A stretch of DNA of 64,000 bases from the NCBI GenBank assembly GCA_965218815.1, contig CBDCLX010000002.1:2918176-2982175 (forward strand), written 5' to 3'. Every line of letters starts with the position of its first letter. The stretch's first letter is position 1. Positions 10,019 to 19,563 of the stretch are shown piece by piece. Made by a program: the position numbers and the translations under genes. The notes below the pieces were generated by a model. It ran no database searches, was not told where the DNA came from, and saw only the letters and a program-made list of their open reading frames with translations. The DNA comes from Bdellovibrionales bacterium (GTDB taxonomy: Bacteria > Bdellovibrionota > Bdellovibrionia > Bdellovibrionales > JAGQZY01).

Positions 10019-10986
10019 TCCTTTTATTTTTTATACAAAGCCTTTGGGCTAACCCATTTTTTTGTCAAAAAAACCTTGTGGCACCAGGTTACCTGAAAAT
10101 TGAATCAGATATTAAAATAAAAATTGCCCAGGCTGCAAATCTGGTGACCATTGCCGGAGAGGCAGACAAGGCTTTGGCCCAATTGCTGGCAACCAAAAAC
10201 CCGGTATTGATTGCCTGGCTTGAAGAGCGAAAACTGATGAAAGCCAAAGAAAAGGTCATTGCCTCCCGGTGGCGTGCTTATTATTTTCAAAAATTTATTC
10301 TGGGTCAATTCCCCACACCACATCCCAAAGTCAATCGAAGTGTTGAAAACCTTTTCTTTCAGATTAACGAAATGACTTTTACTTCCTCTGTTAAGAAAAA
10401 AATATCCACTCTCTTTAAAAAAGCCCGATCAGAGGCCATAAAACAGATAAACTCCCAGGCTCTTGACAAGAAAGCCAAAGAGGAAATCATCCATCGCCTG
10501 GAGGGACTCAGACTTTACTGGTTCGAAAAATTAAGGAGAACCGTTTTTCAGAACAAGCCTCTGGAGTTTTTAAATGAAAGTCTGACCTATGACTCCACAT
10601 CAAACCAAATCAATGCGGGTGTTCCCCTTCTCCGTTACCCAAATGATGAAGGCCTCTTTGGAATTTTTCTGAAAACCATGGCTCTGGCTTTCAGTCCCAA
10701 TCAATGGTCCGATTTTTTCAGAAGTCCGAATCCTTTTGTGTCACTTCAAAGCTGCCTGAAGAAAAATCTGGGAATAAGCGACAAGGATCAGGTTCAGGAG
10801 GCCTTCACCCATTGGTTCCTGACTGAAGTTCTGGCCAAAAGCCCCTATCTCAGACCTGATTTGCAGATGAATTTGTGTGGCAAATCTTCAAAAAATCAGG
10901 ACTTTCCGGAAAAAATTTATGGAGTTCAGCCCCGCATTAAAAAAGAACTGAATCTTAAAATCCAAGGCCAACACTGTTCTTTATAA
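10015..10986 (+). CDS. Hypothetical protein, probably exported
   Basis: 323-aa ORF with a hydrophobic N-terminus. No family recognised. Confidence 0.5.
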   Translation: MILLFFIQSLWANPFFCQKNLVAPGYLKIESDIKIKIAQAANLVTIAGEADKALAQLLATKNPVLIAWLEERKLMKAKEKVIASRWRAYYFQKFILGQFPTPHPKVNRSVENLFFQINEMTFTSSVKKKISTLFKKARSEAIKQINSQALDKKAKEEIIHRLEGLRLYWFEKLRRTVFQNKPLEFLNESLTYDSTSNQINAGVPLLRYPNDEGLFGIFLKTMALAFSPNQWSDFFRSPNPFVSLQSCLKKNLGISDKDQVQEAFTHWFLTEVLAKSPYLRPDLQMNLCGKSSKNQDFPEKIYGVQPRIKKELNLKIQGQHCSL

Positions 10987-11102
10987 GACACTTCAAATCA
11001 GCAACCACTTTGCGTTGTTCCAGACCTTGAAATTCCATCTGCTTTCTGAAACACTCCGACAAACAGTTTGTGAGAGATCATGAACAACCTTGGTGGTATT
11101 TT

Positions 11103-11762
11103 ATGACATTCCAAAAAACTTTTCACTTTGGTTACACTGTTCAGGGGCTTTCCATTCCCGCTTACAGCTTTGGCAGACAGGGGCCTGAAGTGCTTATTAT
11201 GGGGGGAGTTCACGGAGATGAAACTGAAGGGATTATTGCTGCCAATGGTCTCTTACAGGTTTTCAGTCAATCCTTTCCCCTGAGGATCAAAGTCACATTG
11301 ATTCCCATTTTCAATCTGGATGGAGCCCTGAAATCCCAACGCTGCAATGCCCGTCATGTGGATCTGAACCGCAACCTTCCCACCTGTGACTGGTCTCCGA
11401 AGATGGACAAAAAAAGGTACAATCCTGGCCTCCATGCCAATAGTGAACCTGAAAATCAGGCTCTGGTGGATTTTATTGAAAATCAAAAACCCCGGTTTAT
11501 TATCACTCTCCATTCCTGGAAACCCCTGTTAAACACCAATGGAGATTGTTATTCCGTGGCCACAGCCATTGCAGCCCACACCAATGACAGAATAACCGAT
11601 GATATTGGGTACCCAACTCCCGGTTCCCTGGGTGTCTATTGTGGACTGGAGCGACAGATTCCCACATTGACCTATGAATTGGAACGTGGTCTCAATGCCC
11701 AAAGTGTTTTAAAAAAACACACACCTGCCATTATAGAGGGCCTAAAGATGCTGGAGTGCTGA
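11103..11762 (+). CDS. M14-family zinc carboxypeptidase/amidase (MpaA-like)
   Basis: GGVHGDETEG zinc-binding motif, DLNRNLP, and HSW near the third ligand position. Confidence 0.75.
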   Translation: MTFQKTFHFGYTVQGLSIPAYSFGRQGPEVLIMGGVHGDETEGIIAANGLLQVFSQSFPLRIKVTLIPIFNLDGALKSQRCNARHVDLNRNLPTCDWSPKMDKKRYNPGLHANSEPENQALVDFIENQKPRFIITLHSWKPLLNTNGDCYSVATAIAAHTNDRITDDIGYPTPGSLGVYCGLERQIPTLTYELERGLNAQSVLKKHTPAIIEGLKMLEC

Positions 11763-12589
11763 TGAAAGAGCAAAAAAAAGAACAAATGGAAGAACAGATT
11801 GAAGAAATATTTAAAAATCCGGAAGACAGGCTGCAAAACCATTCTGATCTCATTGAAAAAGTCATTTCAAAACTCAATGAAGGCCAATTAAAAGTTTGTG
11901 AATGCCTCAATGGAAAGTGGCAGGTCAACCAATGGGTGAAAAAAGCCATCCTTCTTTATTTTCGTTATAAAAAAATGGAGCCTATTCTGAGTGGTCCTTT
12001 TAGCTATTTTGATAAGATTCCACTAAAGCAATGGAATGAAAAAAGCAATGTTCGGGTGGTTCCCCAGGCCCTGGCCCGTTATGGTTCTTTTATTGATGAG
12101 GGGGCCATTCTTATGCCCAGTTATATTAATATTGGAGCCTTTGTTGGACGGGAAAGTCTGATTGACACCTGGGCCACTGTGGGGTCCTGTGCCTATATCG
12201 GTGAGCGTGTTCATCTCTCTGGAGGGGTGGGTGTTGGTGGTGTTCTTGAACCCCTGCAGGCCCGTCCTGTCATTATTGAAGATGGCTGTTTCATTGGGAG
12301 CCGCTCCGTTTTAGTGGAAGGTGTTCATGTTGAAAAGGCCTCGGTTATTGGAGCTGGTGTGACAATCACGGGTTCAACAAAAATACTTGATGTCTCCGGC
12401 CCAGTGAAAAAAGAATATAAAGGTTTTGTGCCTGGAGGTTCCGTGGTCATTCCGGGCAGTCTGAAAAAGGAATTTCCCGCCGGACTGTACAACGTGCCCT
12501 GTGCCCTGATTATTGGTCAACGTAAATTTTCAACGGATGAAAAAACATCTCTCAATGAGGCTTTGCGGAAATACAAGGTTCCTGTCTGA
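11756..12589 (+). CDS. dapD: Tetrahydrodipicolinate N-succinyltransferase
   Basis: Close colinear resemblance to E. coli DapD (WQVNQWVKKAILLYFR; MPSYINIGAFV; DTWATVGSCAYIG; HLSGGVGVGGVLEPLQA.PVIIED.CFIG). Confidence 0.9.
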   Translation: MLMKEQKKEQMEEQIEEIFKNPEDRLQNHSDLIEKVISKLNEGQLKVCECLNGKWQVNQWVKKAILLYFRYKKMEPILSGPFSYFDKIPLKQWNEKSNVRVVPQALARYGSFIDEGAILMPSYINIGAFVGRESLIDTWATVGSCAYIGERVHLSGGVGVGGVLEPLQARPVIIEDGCFIGSRSVLVEGVHVEKASVIGAGVTITGSTKILDVSGPVKKEYKGFVPGGSVVIPGSLKKEFPAGLYNVPCALIIGQRKFSTDEKTSLNEALRKYKVPV

Positions 12590-13068
12590 TGACTTATTCT
12601 GTCTGTTTGAATAAGGATCGCTTTAAGTTTTCAGCCACACATTTCACTGTTTTTTCAGAAAACAGGGCCGAGCATCTTCATGGCCATAATTACCAGGTGA
12701 CATTGAATATCCACTTTAGGGACATTCACCAAAGCACCGGGCTTGTGACAGAGTTTTCAAAACTGAAAAACATTTTAAAAAACCTTTGTGACAGTCTGGA
12801 TGAAAAGGTTCTTCTCCCGACACAGTCTTCTTTTGTGGAAATAACTGAAACCAAGGGTAATATTGAAGTCAGATTTAAAAATCGTTTTTACTCTTTCCCA
12901 AAAGAAGATTGTAACCTGCTTGATATTGTTAACACTTCATCTGAGTGTCTGGCTCAATGGCTTTACAAAAATCTGGATGTTCCCCTTAAAAATATTGGGG
13001 CCAGAGATTTTTCAGTCACACTGCAGGAAACACAGGGGCAATCCATCACTTTTTCAAGCGATTCTTAG
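12589..13068 (+). CDS. 6-pyruvoyl-tetrahydropterin / 6-carboxytetrahydropterin synthase family (QueD-like)
   Basis: FSATHF...HLHGHNYQV motif. The ATG overlaps the dapD stop (ATGA). Confidence 0.8.
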   Translation: MTYSVCLNKDRFKFSATHFTVFSENRAEHLHGHNYQVTLNIHFRDIHQSTGLVTEFSKLKNILKNLCDSLDEKVLLPTQSSFVEITETKGNIEVRFKNRFYSFPKEDCNLLDIVNTSSECLAQWLYKNLDVPLKNIGARDFSVTLQETQGQSITFSSDS

Positions 13069-13072
13069 CGGG

Positions 13073-13475
13073 TTAAAGGCATTTAATGTTATCAATACAG
13101 GTGTTTGTAAATTTAATCTGATCATTCTGACCAGGATATCGTCGTCTTGTTTTTATAAAGAATTGGGTGTATTTTTGAAAACAAACCTCAATTCCCTGGG
13201 AAAAAGCCCCTTCATAACTCTGGGCTATGAATTCCTGCTCCCCCATCTCTTCTGTCCTGACAACACAAATATTTCCCTTCATGGGGATAGGAATCTCCTG
13301 CACACTCTTTATTGTTATGAACTCCTGATGAACAGCATAACTGGCAATTTTTCTTGTATCCTCGGCATAGGCCTTTGATCCAACAAATAAAACACCAATG
13401 ATAAAAATCCTGATGATAATTATAAAAATGATGTGAATAATGCCTCCCCCTTGTGATTTCTTTATTCTTTAACAA
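13073..13475 (-). pseudogene. Small secreted protein interrupted by a 1-nt frameshift in a G5 run, or using a non-canonical start
   Basis: TTG 13475 gives MLKNKEITRG. After the ggggg run (13446-13450 on the plus strand as ccccc) the other frame reads GIIHIIFIIIIRIFIIGVLFVGSKAYA-EDT... and continues into ORF 13073-13303. Removing one G joins them into a signal-peptide protein. Confidence 0.45.
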
Positions 13476-13932
13476 AGCAAATGGCAGGCCAGTTTCTTTT
13501 TTTGTTTGCTTAAATAGTTGTAATTATTGAATTCTATCAACCTCCTCCATTGCCGTTCGATAAATTCCCCAATCATTATAACAGGTTGGGAAAATGACCC
13601 GTTGGCTGCCAGCAACTTTGGGAAGGAGACACTGTAACCTGTTGTTATTATTTGAAAATCCAACGGACAGCAGGGGTTTCATATCGAGACAGGCCGTTTA
13701 AAATCTTAAAAAGAGACATAAAATTAGCCATTTCATATTGAGACAAAGACCAGAATATTATACTGATTCCCCTTTCAAATTTCAACTATAAATATTATAG
13801 AGTCTGTCTGGTCATTCGAGATTGGCAGGCCATTTCTGTTCAAAATTCAGAGAAAATATTCTCTGCATTCAAAAAAAGAAAAATGGCGGAGGGGTCACCT
13901 GTTTATTTGAATTATCAGACAGACTCCATTAT

Positions 13933-13947
13933 AATCACAATGTGATT
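13933..13947. promoter_or_regulatory. Palindrome AATCACA-A-TGTGATT upstream of pepA (possible operator)
   Basis: Perfect 7+1+7 palindrome, 50 bp upstream of the pepA ATG. Confidence 0.25.
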
Positions 13948-13996
13948 TCCAGTCTGACCAATAACCAACAATGATGACAAATCAAGAGGTGCAACA

Positions 13997-15478
13997 ATGA
14001 AACTCAATTTAAATGCCAAAAACCCCTCCCCTAACCAAATTCACTTTTTCTTTAAAAAAGCCTCTGCCAAAAACTTCGACTTTTCCCCCTCTCTTCCCGG
14101 GGAAATAAAACAGGCTCTCTCACAAACTCTCAGGACTGAAGGCTTAAAAACGGATTTTGGCCAGACATTTTTTTTCCGAAATCATAACAAAGCTCATCAT
14201 CTCTGTATTAACTTGGGAAAAAACAAAAAACCGGGACATGAAGAGATACGGGAAATTTTTGGTCGGATATACAAAAGGTTTGAATCAGAAAAAGTTTTTG
14301 ATTTCAGTGTTTCCCTGGACTCCTTTCCCTGCACTGACAAAAGTCAGGCTTTTAAGGCCATGGTGGAGTCACTGATTATGAGCGACTATTGCTTTGACAG
14401 GTTTAAAAAGAAAGGAAAAACCAGGCCTGGTTTCAAAGTATTTTTTCAAAGCAAAAAAGAGGATCAGCGTTTGAAAAAACATCTGATTGAGTCTGAGATT
14501 ATTGCCAAAGGGGTTAACTTTGCCCGTTACCTTGGAGACTGTCCTGGTAATTTTATGACTCCCCGTCAATTGGGTGAAGAAGCCAAAAAATCAGAAAAAG
14601 AGACAAAGCTGAAAGTGACTCTTTGGGATAAGGCTCGTATTGTCAGGGAGAAAATGGACTCTCTTATCGGTGTTTCCAATGGCAGCGATCAGGAACCACG
14701 CTTTATTATTATGGAGTACAAGGGGGCCGGTCCTTCAAAAAAAACCATCTGTTTTGTGGGTAAAGGTCTGACTTTTGACAGTGGTGGAATTTCCATAAAA
14801 CCTTCAGCCAATATGGAGGAAATGAAGTTTGATATGTGTGGGGGTGCGGCTGTGATTGCCGCTCTGTCCACTATCGCCAGACTGAAGTTGAAGGTCAATG
14901 TCATGGGCTTTGTGCCGGCCAGTGAAAATATGCCGGGACCTTCAGCCAACAAACCCGGAGATATCCGTAAGGCCCGCAATGGAAAAAGCATTGAAATTAA
15001 TAATACAGATGCTGAAGGGCGACTGATTCTGGCCGATGCCCTTTCCTTTGCCAGTGAAAAAAAACCGGCCTGGATTGTTGATGCAGCCACCCTGACCGGG
15101 GCCATGGTCATTGCCCTTGGCAACATCCATACAGGTTTTTATTCCCGCAACAGGGAGCTGGCTAAAAAGATCAAAGAGGCTGGAGAAATTTCCGGTGAGG
15201 AAGTCTGGCAAATGCCCCTTTGCGATCATCATTCCATGGATATGAAAGGTTATTACGCTGATCTCACCAACGTGGCTCCGTCACGACAGGCGGGAAGTGC
15301 CACGGCTGCCGCTTTTCTCGAAAATTTCGTGACTGATGACATTCCCTGGGCTCATTTCGACATTGCCGGAACAGCCTGGAATGTGGGAAACCGTCAGAGT
15401 TACGCACGGACCAAAGGAGCCAGTGGAGTCATGGTCCGAACCTTTGTTCAGATGGCCATTCACACTTCTTTATCTTAG
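13997..15478 (+). CDS. pepA: Leucyl aminopeptidase (M17)
   Basis: NTDAEGRLILADAL signature and VGKGLTFDSGG; 493 aa. Confidence 0.93.
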   Translation: MKLNLNAKNPSPNQIHFFFKKASAKNFDFSPSLPGEIKQALSQTLRTEGLKTDFGQTFFFRNHNKAHHLCINLGKNKKPGHEEIREIFGRIYKRFESEKVFDFSVSLDSFPCTDKSQAFKAMVESLIMSDYCFDRFKKKGKTRPGFKVFFQSKKEDQRLKKHLIESEIIAKGVNFARYLGDCPGNFMTPRQLGEEAKKSEKETKLKVTLWDKARIVREKMDSLIGVSNGSDQEPRFIIMEYKGAGPSKKTICFVGKGLTFDSGGISIKPSANMEEMKFDMCGGAAVIAALSTIARLKLKVNVMGFVPASENMPGPSANKPGDIRKARNGKSIEINNTDAEGRLILADALSFASEKKPAWIVDAATLTGAMVIALGNIHTGFYSRNRELAKKIKEAGEISGEEVWQMPLCDHHSMDMKGYYADLTNVAPSRQAGSATAAAFLENFVTDDIPWAHFDIAGTAWNVGNRQSYARTKGASGVMVRTFVQMAIHTSLS

Positions 15479-15492
15479 CGTAAAAAACCCAT

Positions 15493-15511
15493 ACAGAAAA
15501 AAATTTTCTGT
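15493..15511 (+). terminator. Weak AT-rich hairpin after pepA
   Basis: acagaaaa-aaa-ttttctgt followed by tt. The stem is all A/T-rich, so confidence is low. Confidence 0.3.
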
Positions 15512-15549
15512 TTCAGTATAAAATAGGCGACAAAACTTACCGGGAAAAG

Positions 15550-15816
15550 ATGAAAAAACAATCTTTTATTATTGGAAGGTCCAAGCACTGTGATATAAGA
15601 ATTGATTTTGAAATAGTCAGTCGCAAGCATATTCAGATATTCTTTGAAGATGGGTTTGTCAAAATCATGGATCTGGGTTCCACTAATGGAATATTCCTGA
15701 ACGGCAGAAAACTAACCCCCCACAATAAATATAAATATATGATAGGCAGTGAACTTTTCATCAAAAACAGTGCCGGTCAACGTTGTAATCTTCAAATTCT
15801 CAATAAAAAAACATGA
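15550..15816 (+). CDS. Stand-alone FHA-domain protein (88 aa)
   Basis: IIGRSKHCDIRIDFEIVSRKHIQIFFEDG...DLGSTNGIFLNGRKL. About 80 percent identical (by eye) to the C-terminal domain of the 48491-49654 protein. Confidence 0.75.
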   Translation: MKKQSFIIGRSKHCDIRIDFEIVSRKHIQIFFEDGFVKIMDLGSTNGIFLNGRKLTPHNKYKYMIGSELFIKNSAGQRCNLQILNKKT

Positions 15817-16038
15817 CAAAATTACGATATGAAAACGTCGATACAGAAAACTCTTTAACAAACTCTGTGGAGTGATCGGAGGGGATCACCCCCCCTTCTG
15901 TCCTTTTGGTCTTCTCCCCGGACTTTTTCTCCTTTTCCGGGTGGCTCCATGGAATAAAAATTCAGAAACAGAACCACATTAAAAATACTTTTATAACTCC
16001 CCGGACTTGCCACCTCTTGGATTTGCCACTTCTCAGAC

Positions 16039-16797
16039 TTACTCACCATTAAGATTTGTAAGGAGCCGAATGTATTCCTTTTCACTTTCATAAACCATAC
16101 AGCTTAAAAAATTTATAAATGGCCTGTGGTTATTTTTATTCCCCTGATAAGCACAGCTCAAATACTGGGACCTGTAAATCGGCGGCACAATTGTAATCAC
16201 ATATCCTTTTTGCATAAGAATCAAATTCATCAGCAATCGGCCCATTCGTCCATTTCCATCAAGGAAAGGATGAATGGTCACAAATTTATTGTGAGTTATC
16301 GCAGCAAATTCCACTGGATGGTATTTTTCATTGATCTTGGGAAGTTCATCAACAAATTTCTTTATCAAAACAGGAATGTCTTTAGGCTGTGGTAACTCAA
16401 TATCCACCCCTGTAATCATAACCCGCTCTGTTCTGTACTTTCCAGCTTGACTTGAATCCACTTTTTCATAAAAAAGACGATGAAGTTTCAAAATATTTTC
16501 TTCTATAAATCCATCCTTTTGTGCCAGGTCATAAAGAAAATCATAGGCTTTAGAATGCCCCTGTGCCTCTTGGTGATCTCTTAAAGGTTTTCCTCCAATA
16601 GTTAAACCATTTTCAAGAACAACCTTTGTTTCCATTTCTGTTAAAGTATTACCCTCTAAAGCGTTACTGGAATAAGTAAAACCAATTCTGTAATGTTCAC
16701 GAAGCATTTTTGATTGACTCTCAGACAGGGGTCTTTTTTTATCAATCTCCTTTTTGAGACTATCAACATCTGAAATTCTATTTTCAAAACTATTCAT
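16039..16797 (-). CDS. Fic/DOC family protein
   Basis: HPFLDGNGRMGR is the canonical Fic motif HPFxDGNGR. Confidence 0.88.
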   Translation of the reverse strand: MNSFENRISDVDSLKKEIDKKRPLSESQSKMLREHYRIGFTYSSNALEGNTLTEMETKVVLENGLTIGGKPLRDHQEAQGHSKAYDFLYDLAQKDGFIEENILKLHRLFYEKVDSSQAGKYRTERVMITGVDIELPQPKDIPVLIKKFVDELPKINEKYHPVEFAAITHNKFVTIHPFLDGNGRMGRLLMNLILMQKGYVITIVPPIYRSQYLSCAYQGNKNNHRPFINFLSCMVYESEKEYIRLLTNLNGE

Positions 16798-17373
16798 ATT
16801 CTTTTTCCTGTGGGAATCTATTTATCATATTTAAGACATTATGTGCAAAACAGAACAATTGTCAAATCCACCGGAGCCTGAACGGCCGGCCTGTTGATTG
16901 GAAACAATTTGACTCAAAAATACAACACACATTGGATCTAATGTTTGGTTTGGTTGCCAGGTTTTAAGGTAACAAGCCGATATTGTTTGCCCGATGACTT
17001 CAGGAAGTTGACAAAATACTGAAATTCTCCCTTCACATCATCAGGAATGTTATCAATGCCAGCCCAGAAAATCAAAGATTACAGAATTTTACAACTGTTT
17101 TGGATCCATGATGGCTGTTTTGTAATAGCTATAACAGAAGGGAATTATTTTTTGTAAGGCGATTTTTTTAATGATTTAAAAGAATTTTTTTCATAAAAAA
17201 TTTTTTGAGACTGTTTTAAGGGAAAAATTCTCACACTTTGATGAAAAGTCAGCTTCTAAACTTGAAAGGCACTTTGGTTGGCAGGTCTTTTTTAAAGGAG
17301 GGTCCGTGGTGAACCCAACTGCCGAGGATTTCTTAGTCATTCAAAAAAAATCTTTTTTATTTCAATTTGCCTG

Positions 17374-17403
17374 TTGACAACTTTCTAAAAAACACAGTAA
17401 TCT
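17374..17403 (+). promoter_or_regulatory. Candidate sigma70-type promoter for hsdS-hsdM
   Basis: TTGACA (17374-17379), 18-nt spacer, TAATCT (17398-17403), about 60 bp upstream of the hsdS ATG. Pattern match only. Confidence 0.3.
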
Positions 17404-17461
17404 ATTTATTGTATAAAAAATCTTTAAAAGAAGGTTGATTTAAAATGAAAGAGTATCATTT

Positions 17462-18058
17462 ATGATAAGAAAAATCAATGACTTAGCTGATATTTACCCA
17501 GGGCAATCCATTCGTGGAAAAATAAACCATAAACCTGGTGGTGAGTATTGCATTGTCCAGATGAGGGATGTTTCACCTTCCAGGGGCTTTCAGAAGGCCA
17601 ACCTGTGCCGGATGGACCTCAAGTCTGGAACTCCAAAATTGATAAAAAAAGGGGACCTCCTTTTCATTTCAAAAACCGGACCTGGAACCTCCCCCTTCAG
17701 TATTGTTGTGAAAGAGGAAATCAAAAATCTTATCGCCTCACCCCTTTTTTATATCATTCGGGTCAAAAGCAAAGAAGTTCACCCTGAATACCTCAGTTGG
17801 TACATCAATTTCAGTTCCCAAAGTCGAAGATTTTTTAAAAAAAATGCCATGGGAACCATGGTTTTAAATGTTAGAAAAGAGACTCTTTCTGAAATGGAAG
17901 TTATTTTACCACCTCTTTCCATTCAGGAAACATTTGTTGAATTGATAAAACTTGCTTCCAAAGAGCATCAAATCATGGATAAAATCTATCAAAAAAGAAA
18001 ACAGCTTATGAACTCAATAATCACAAATTCCTTTTCCAGAGCAGGAGAACAAATATGA
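17462..18058 (+). CDS. hsdS: Type I R-M specificity subunit, half-size (single TRD)
   Basis: 198 aa with one target-recognition domain plus one conserved helix (LPPLSIQETFVELIKLASKEHQIMDKIYQKRKQL). ATGA overlap with hsdM. Confidence 0.8.
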   Translation: MIRKINDLADIYPGQSIRGKINHKPGGEYCIVQMRDVSPSRGFQKANLCRMDLKSGTPKLIKKGDLLFISKTGPGTSPFSIVVKEEIKNLIASPLFYIIRVKSKEVHPEYLSWYINFSSQSRRFFKKNAMGTMVLNVRKETLSEMEVILPPLSIQETFVELIKLASKEHQIMDKIYQKRKQLMNSIITNSFSRAGEQI

Positions 18059-19563
18059 CGAAAACCACAAAAGTCACCCAGGAGGAAGTGAACCAAATCC
18101 TATGGAAAGCCTGTGATACCTTTCGGGGGATTTTAAACTCCGCTGATTATAAAAACTATATTCTCCCCATGCTTTTTTTAAAATACATCTCCGATACCTG
18201 GGATGAAAAATATGAAAAGATCAAAGCGGAGTACAAAGGAAATAAGAAGCGAATCCAGTCACGACTGAAAAGAGAACGCTTTGTTATCCCTGAAGGTTGC
18301 CTTTTCAAAAACCTCTACGACAAAAGAGAGAAATCAAATGTCGGGGAACTCATCAATACAGCCCTTGAAAAAATTGAAGATGCAAACAAAGAAAAGCTTG
18401 GTGGTGTTTTTAGAAACATAGACTTTAACTCTGAAGCCAAACTGGGGCAGACAAAGGATCGAAACGCCCGCCTGAAACATTTGCTTGAGGATTTCAACCA
18501 CCCAAAGCTCAACCTGAAAATGAGCCATATAGGAAAGCTTGATATTATTGGCAATGCCTATGAGTTTCTCATCAGTCGGTTTGCAGCCAGTGGCGGACAA
18601 AAGGCCGGTGAGTTCTACACTCCGGCGGAAGTCTCAGACCTTATTGCAAGGCTTGTTGAACCACAGAGGGGGGACCGGATCTGTGACCCGGCCTGCGGTT
18701 CAGGCTCCCTGCTTTTTAAATGTGCCAACCAGCTTCTTAAAAAAGGGGAAAAAGACTTTCATCTCTACGGTCAGGAAATCAATGGGGAGACCTACGCCCT
18801 TGCCAAAATGAATATGTTCTTGCACGGGGTGGATAACTCAAAGCTTGAGTGGGGGGATACCATCAGAAACCCCAAACTCATACAGTCCAGGACCACAATA
18901 AAATTTGAAGTGGTTGTGGCCAATCCTCCCTTTTCCCTTGATAAATGGGGTCATGAGGAAGCCTCAAACGATCCTTTTAAGAGGTTTCACCGGGGGATCC
19001 CACCAAAAACAAAGGGGGATTTTGCCTTTATCTCACACATGGTTGAGACCATAACGGAAAACAACGGAAGGGTTGGGGTTGTGGTCCCCCACGGAGTGCT
19101 TTTCAGGGGCTCCACTGAAGCAAAAATCAGACAAAAGCTCATTGAGGAGAACCTTCTTGACACTGTTATCGGCCTTCCAGCCAATTTGTTTTTTGGCACA
19201 GGAATTCCCGCAGCCATTCTTGTTTTCAAGAAAAACAGGAAGGATAACTCTGTTTTCTTTGTTGATGCCAGTTCCGAATACCAGGACGGGAAAAACCAGA
19301 ACAAACTCAGGGAACAGGATATAGAGAAAATTGTAAGAGCCTTCAAAAAAAGAAAAGATGTGGACAAATACGCTTACAAAGCCAGTCTCAGGGAAATCAA
19401 GGAAAATGATTTTAACCTCAACATCCCAAGATATGTGGACACCTTTGAAGAGGAGGAGGAGATCGACATCAAAGCCGTCCAGAAAGAAATTGAAGGTTTG
19501 GAGTCAGAACTTACAAAAGTCCGCAACCAAATGGACAAATACCTCAAGGAGTTGGGGCTGTGA
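18055..19563 (+). CDS. hsdM: Type I R-M DNA methyltransferase subunit
   Basis: HsdM_N-like N-terminus (LWKACDTFRG...YILPMLFLKYISD), SAM motif DPACGSGSLL, catalytic VVANPPFS. Confidence 0.95.
   Translation: MTKTTKVTQEEVNQILWKACDTFRGILNSADYKNYILPMLFLKYISDTWDEKYEKIKAEYKGNKKRIQSRLKRERFVIPEGCLFKNLYDKREKSNVGELINTALEKIEDANKEKLGGVFRNIDFNSEAKLGQTKDRNARLKHLLEDFNHPKLNLKMSHIGKLDIIGNAYEFLISRFAASGGQKAGEFYTPAEVSDLIARLVEPQRGDRICDPACGSGSLLFKCANQLLKKGEKDFHLYGQEINGETYALAKMNMFLHGVDNSKLEWGDTIRNPKLIQSRTTIKFEVVVANPPFSLDKWGHEEASNDPFKRFHRGIPPKTKGDFAFISHMVETITENNGRVGVVVPHGVLFRGSTEAKIRQKLIEENLLDTVIGLPANLFFGTGIPAAILVFKKNRKDNSVFFVDASSEYQDGKNQNKLREQDIEKIVRAFKKRKDVDKYAYKASLREIKENDFNLNIPRYVDTFEEEEEIDIKAVQKEIEGLESELTKVRNQMDKYLKELGL

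Noticed and set aside
13212-13475. 87-aa Cys/His-rich ORF (possible zinc-ribbon or peptide precursor)
   Set aside because: The overlapping frame gives a clean signal peptide plus mature domain once a single G is removed. The Cys/His-rich reading is best explained as the wrong frame.
15855-16091. 78-aa ORF between the FHA gene and fic
   Set aside because: It overlaps the 3' end of the Fic gene in another frame. The composition is unconvincing and no start context is visible.
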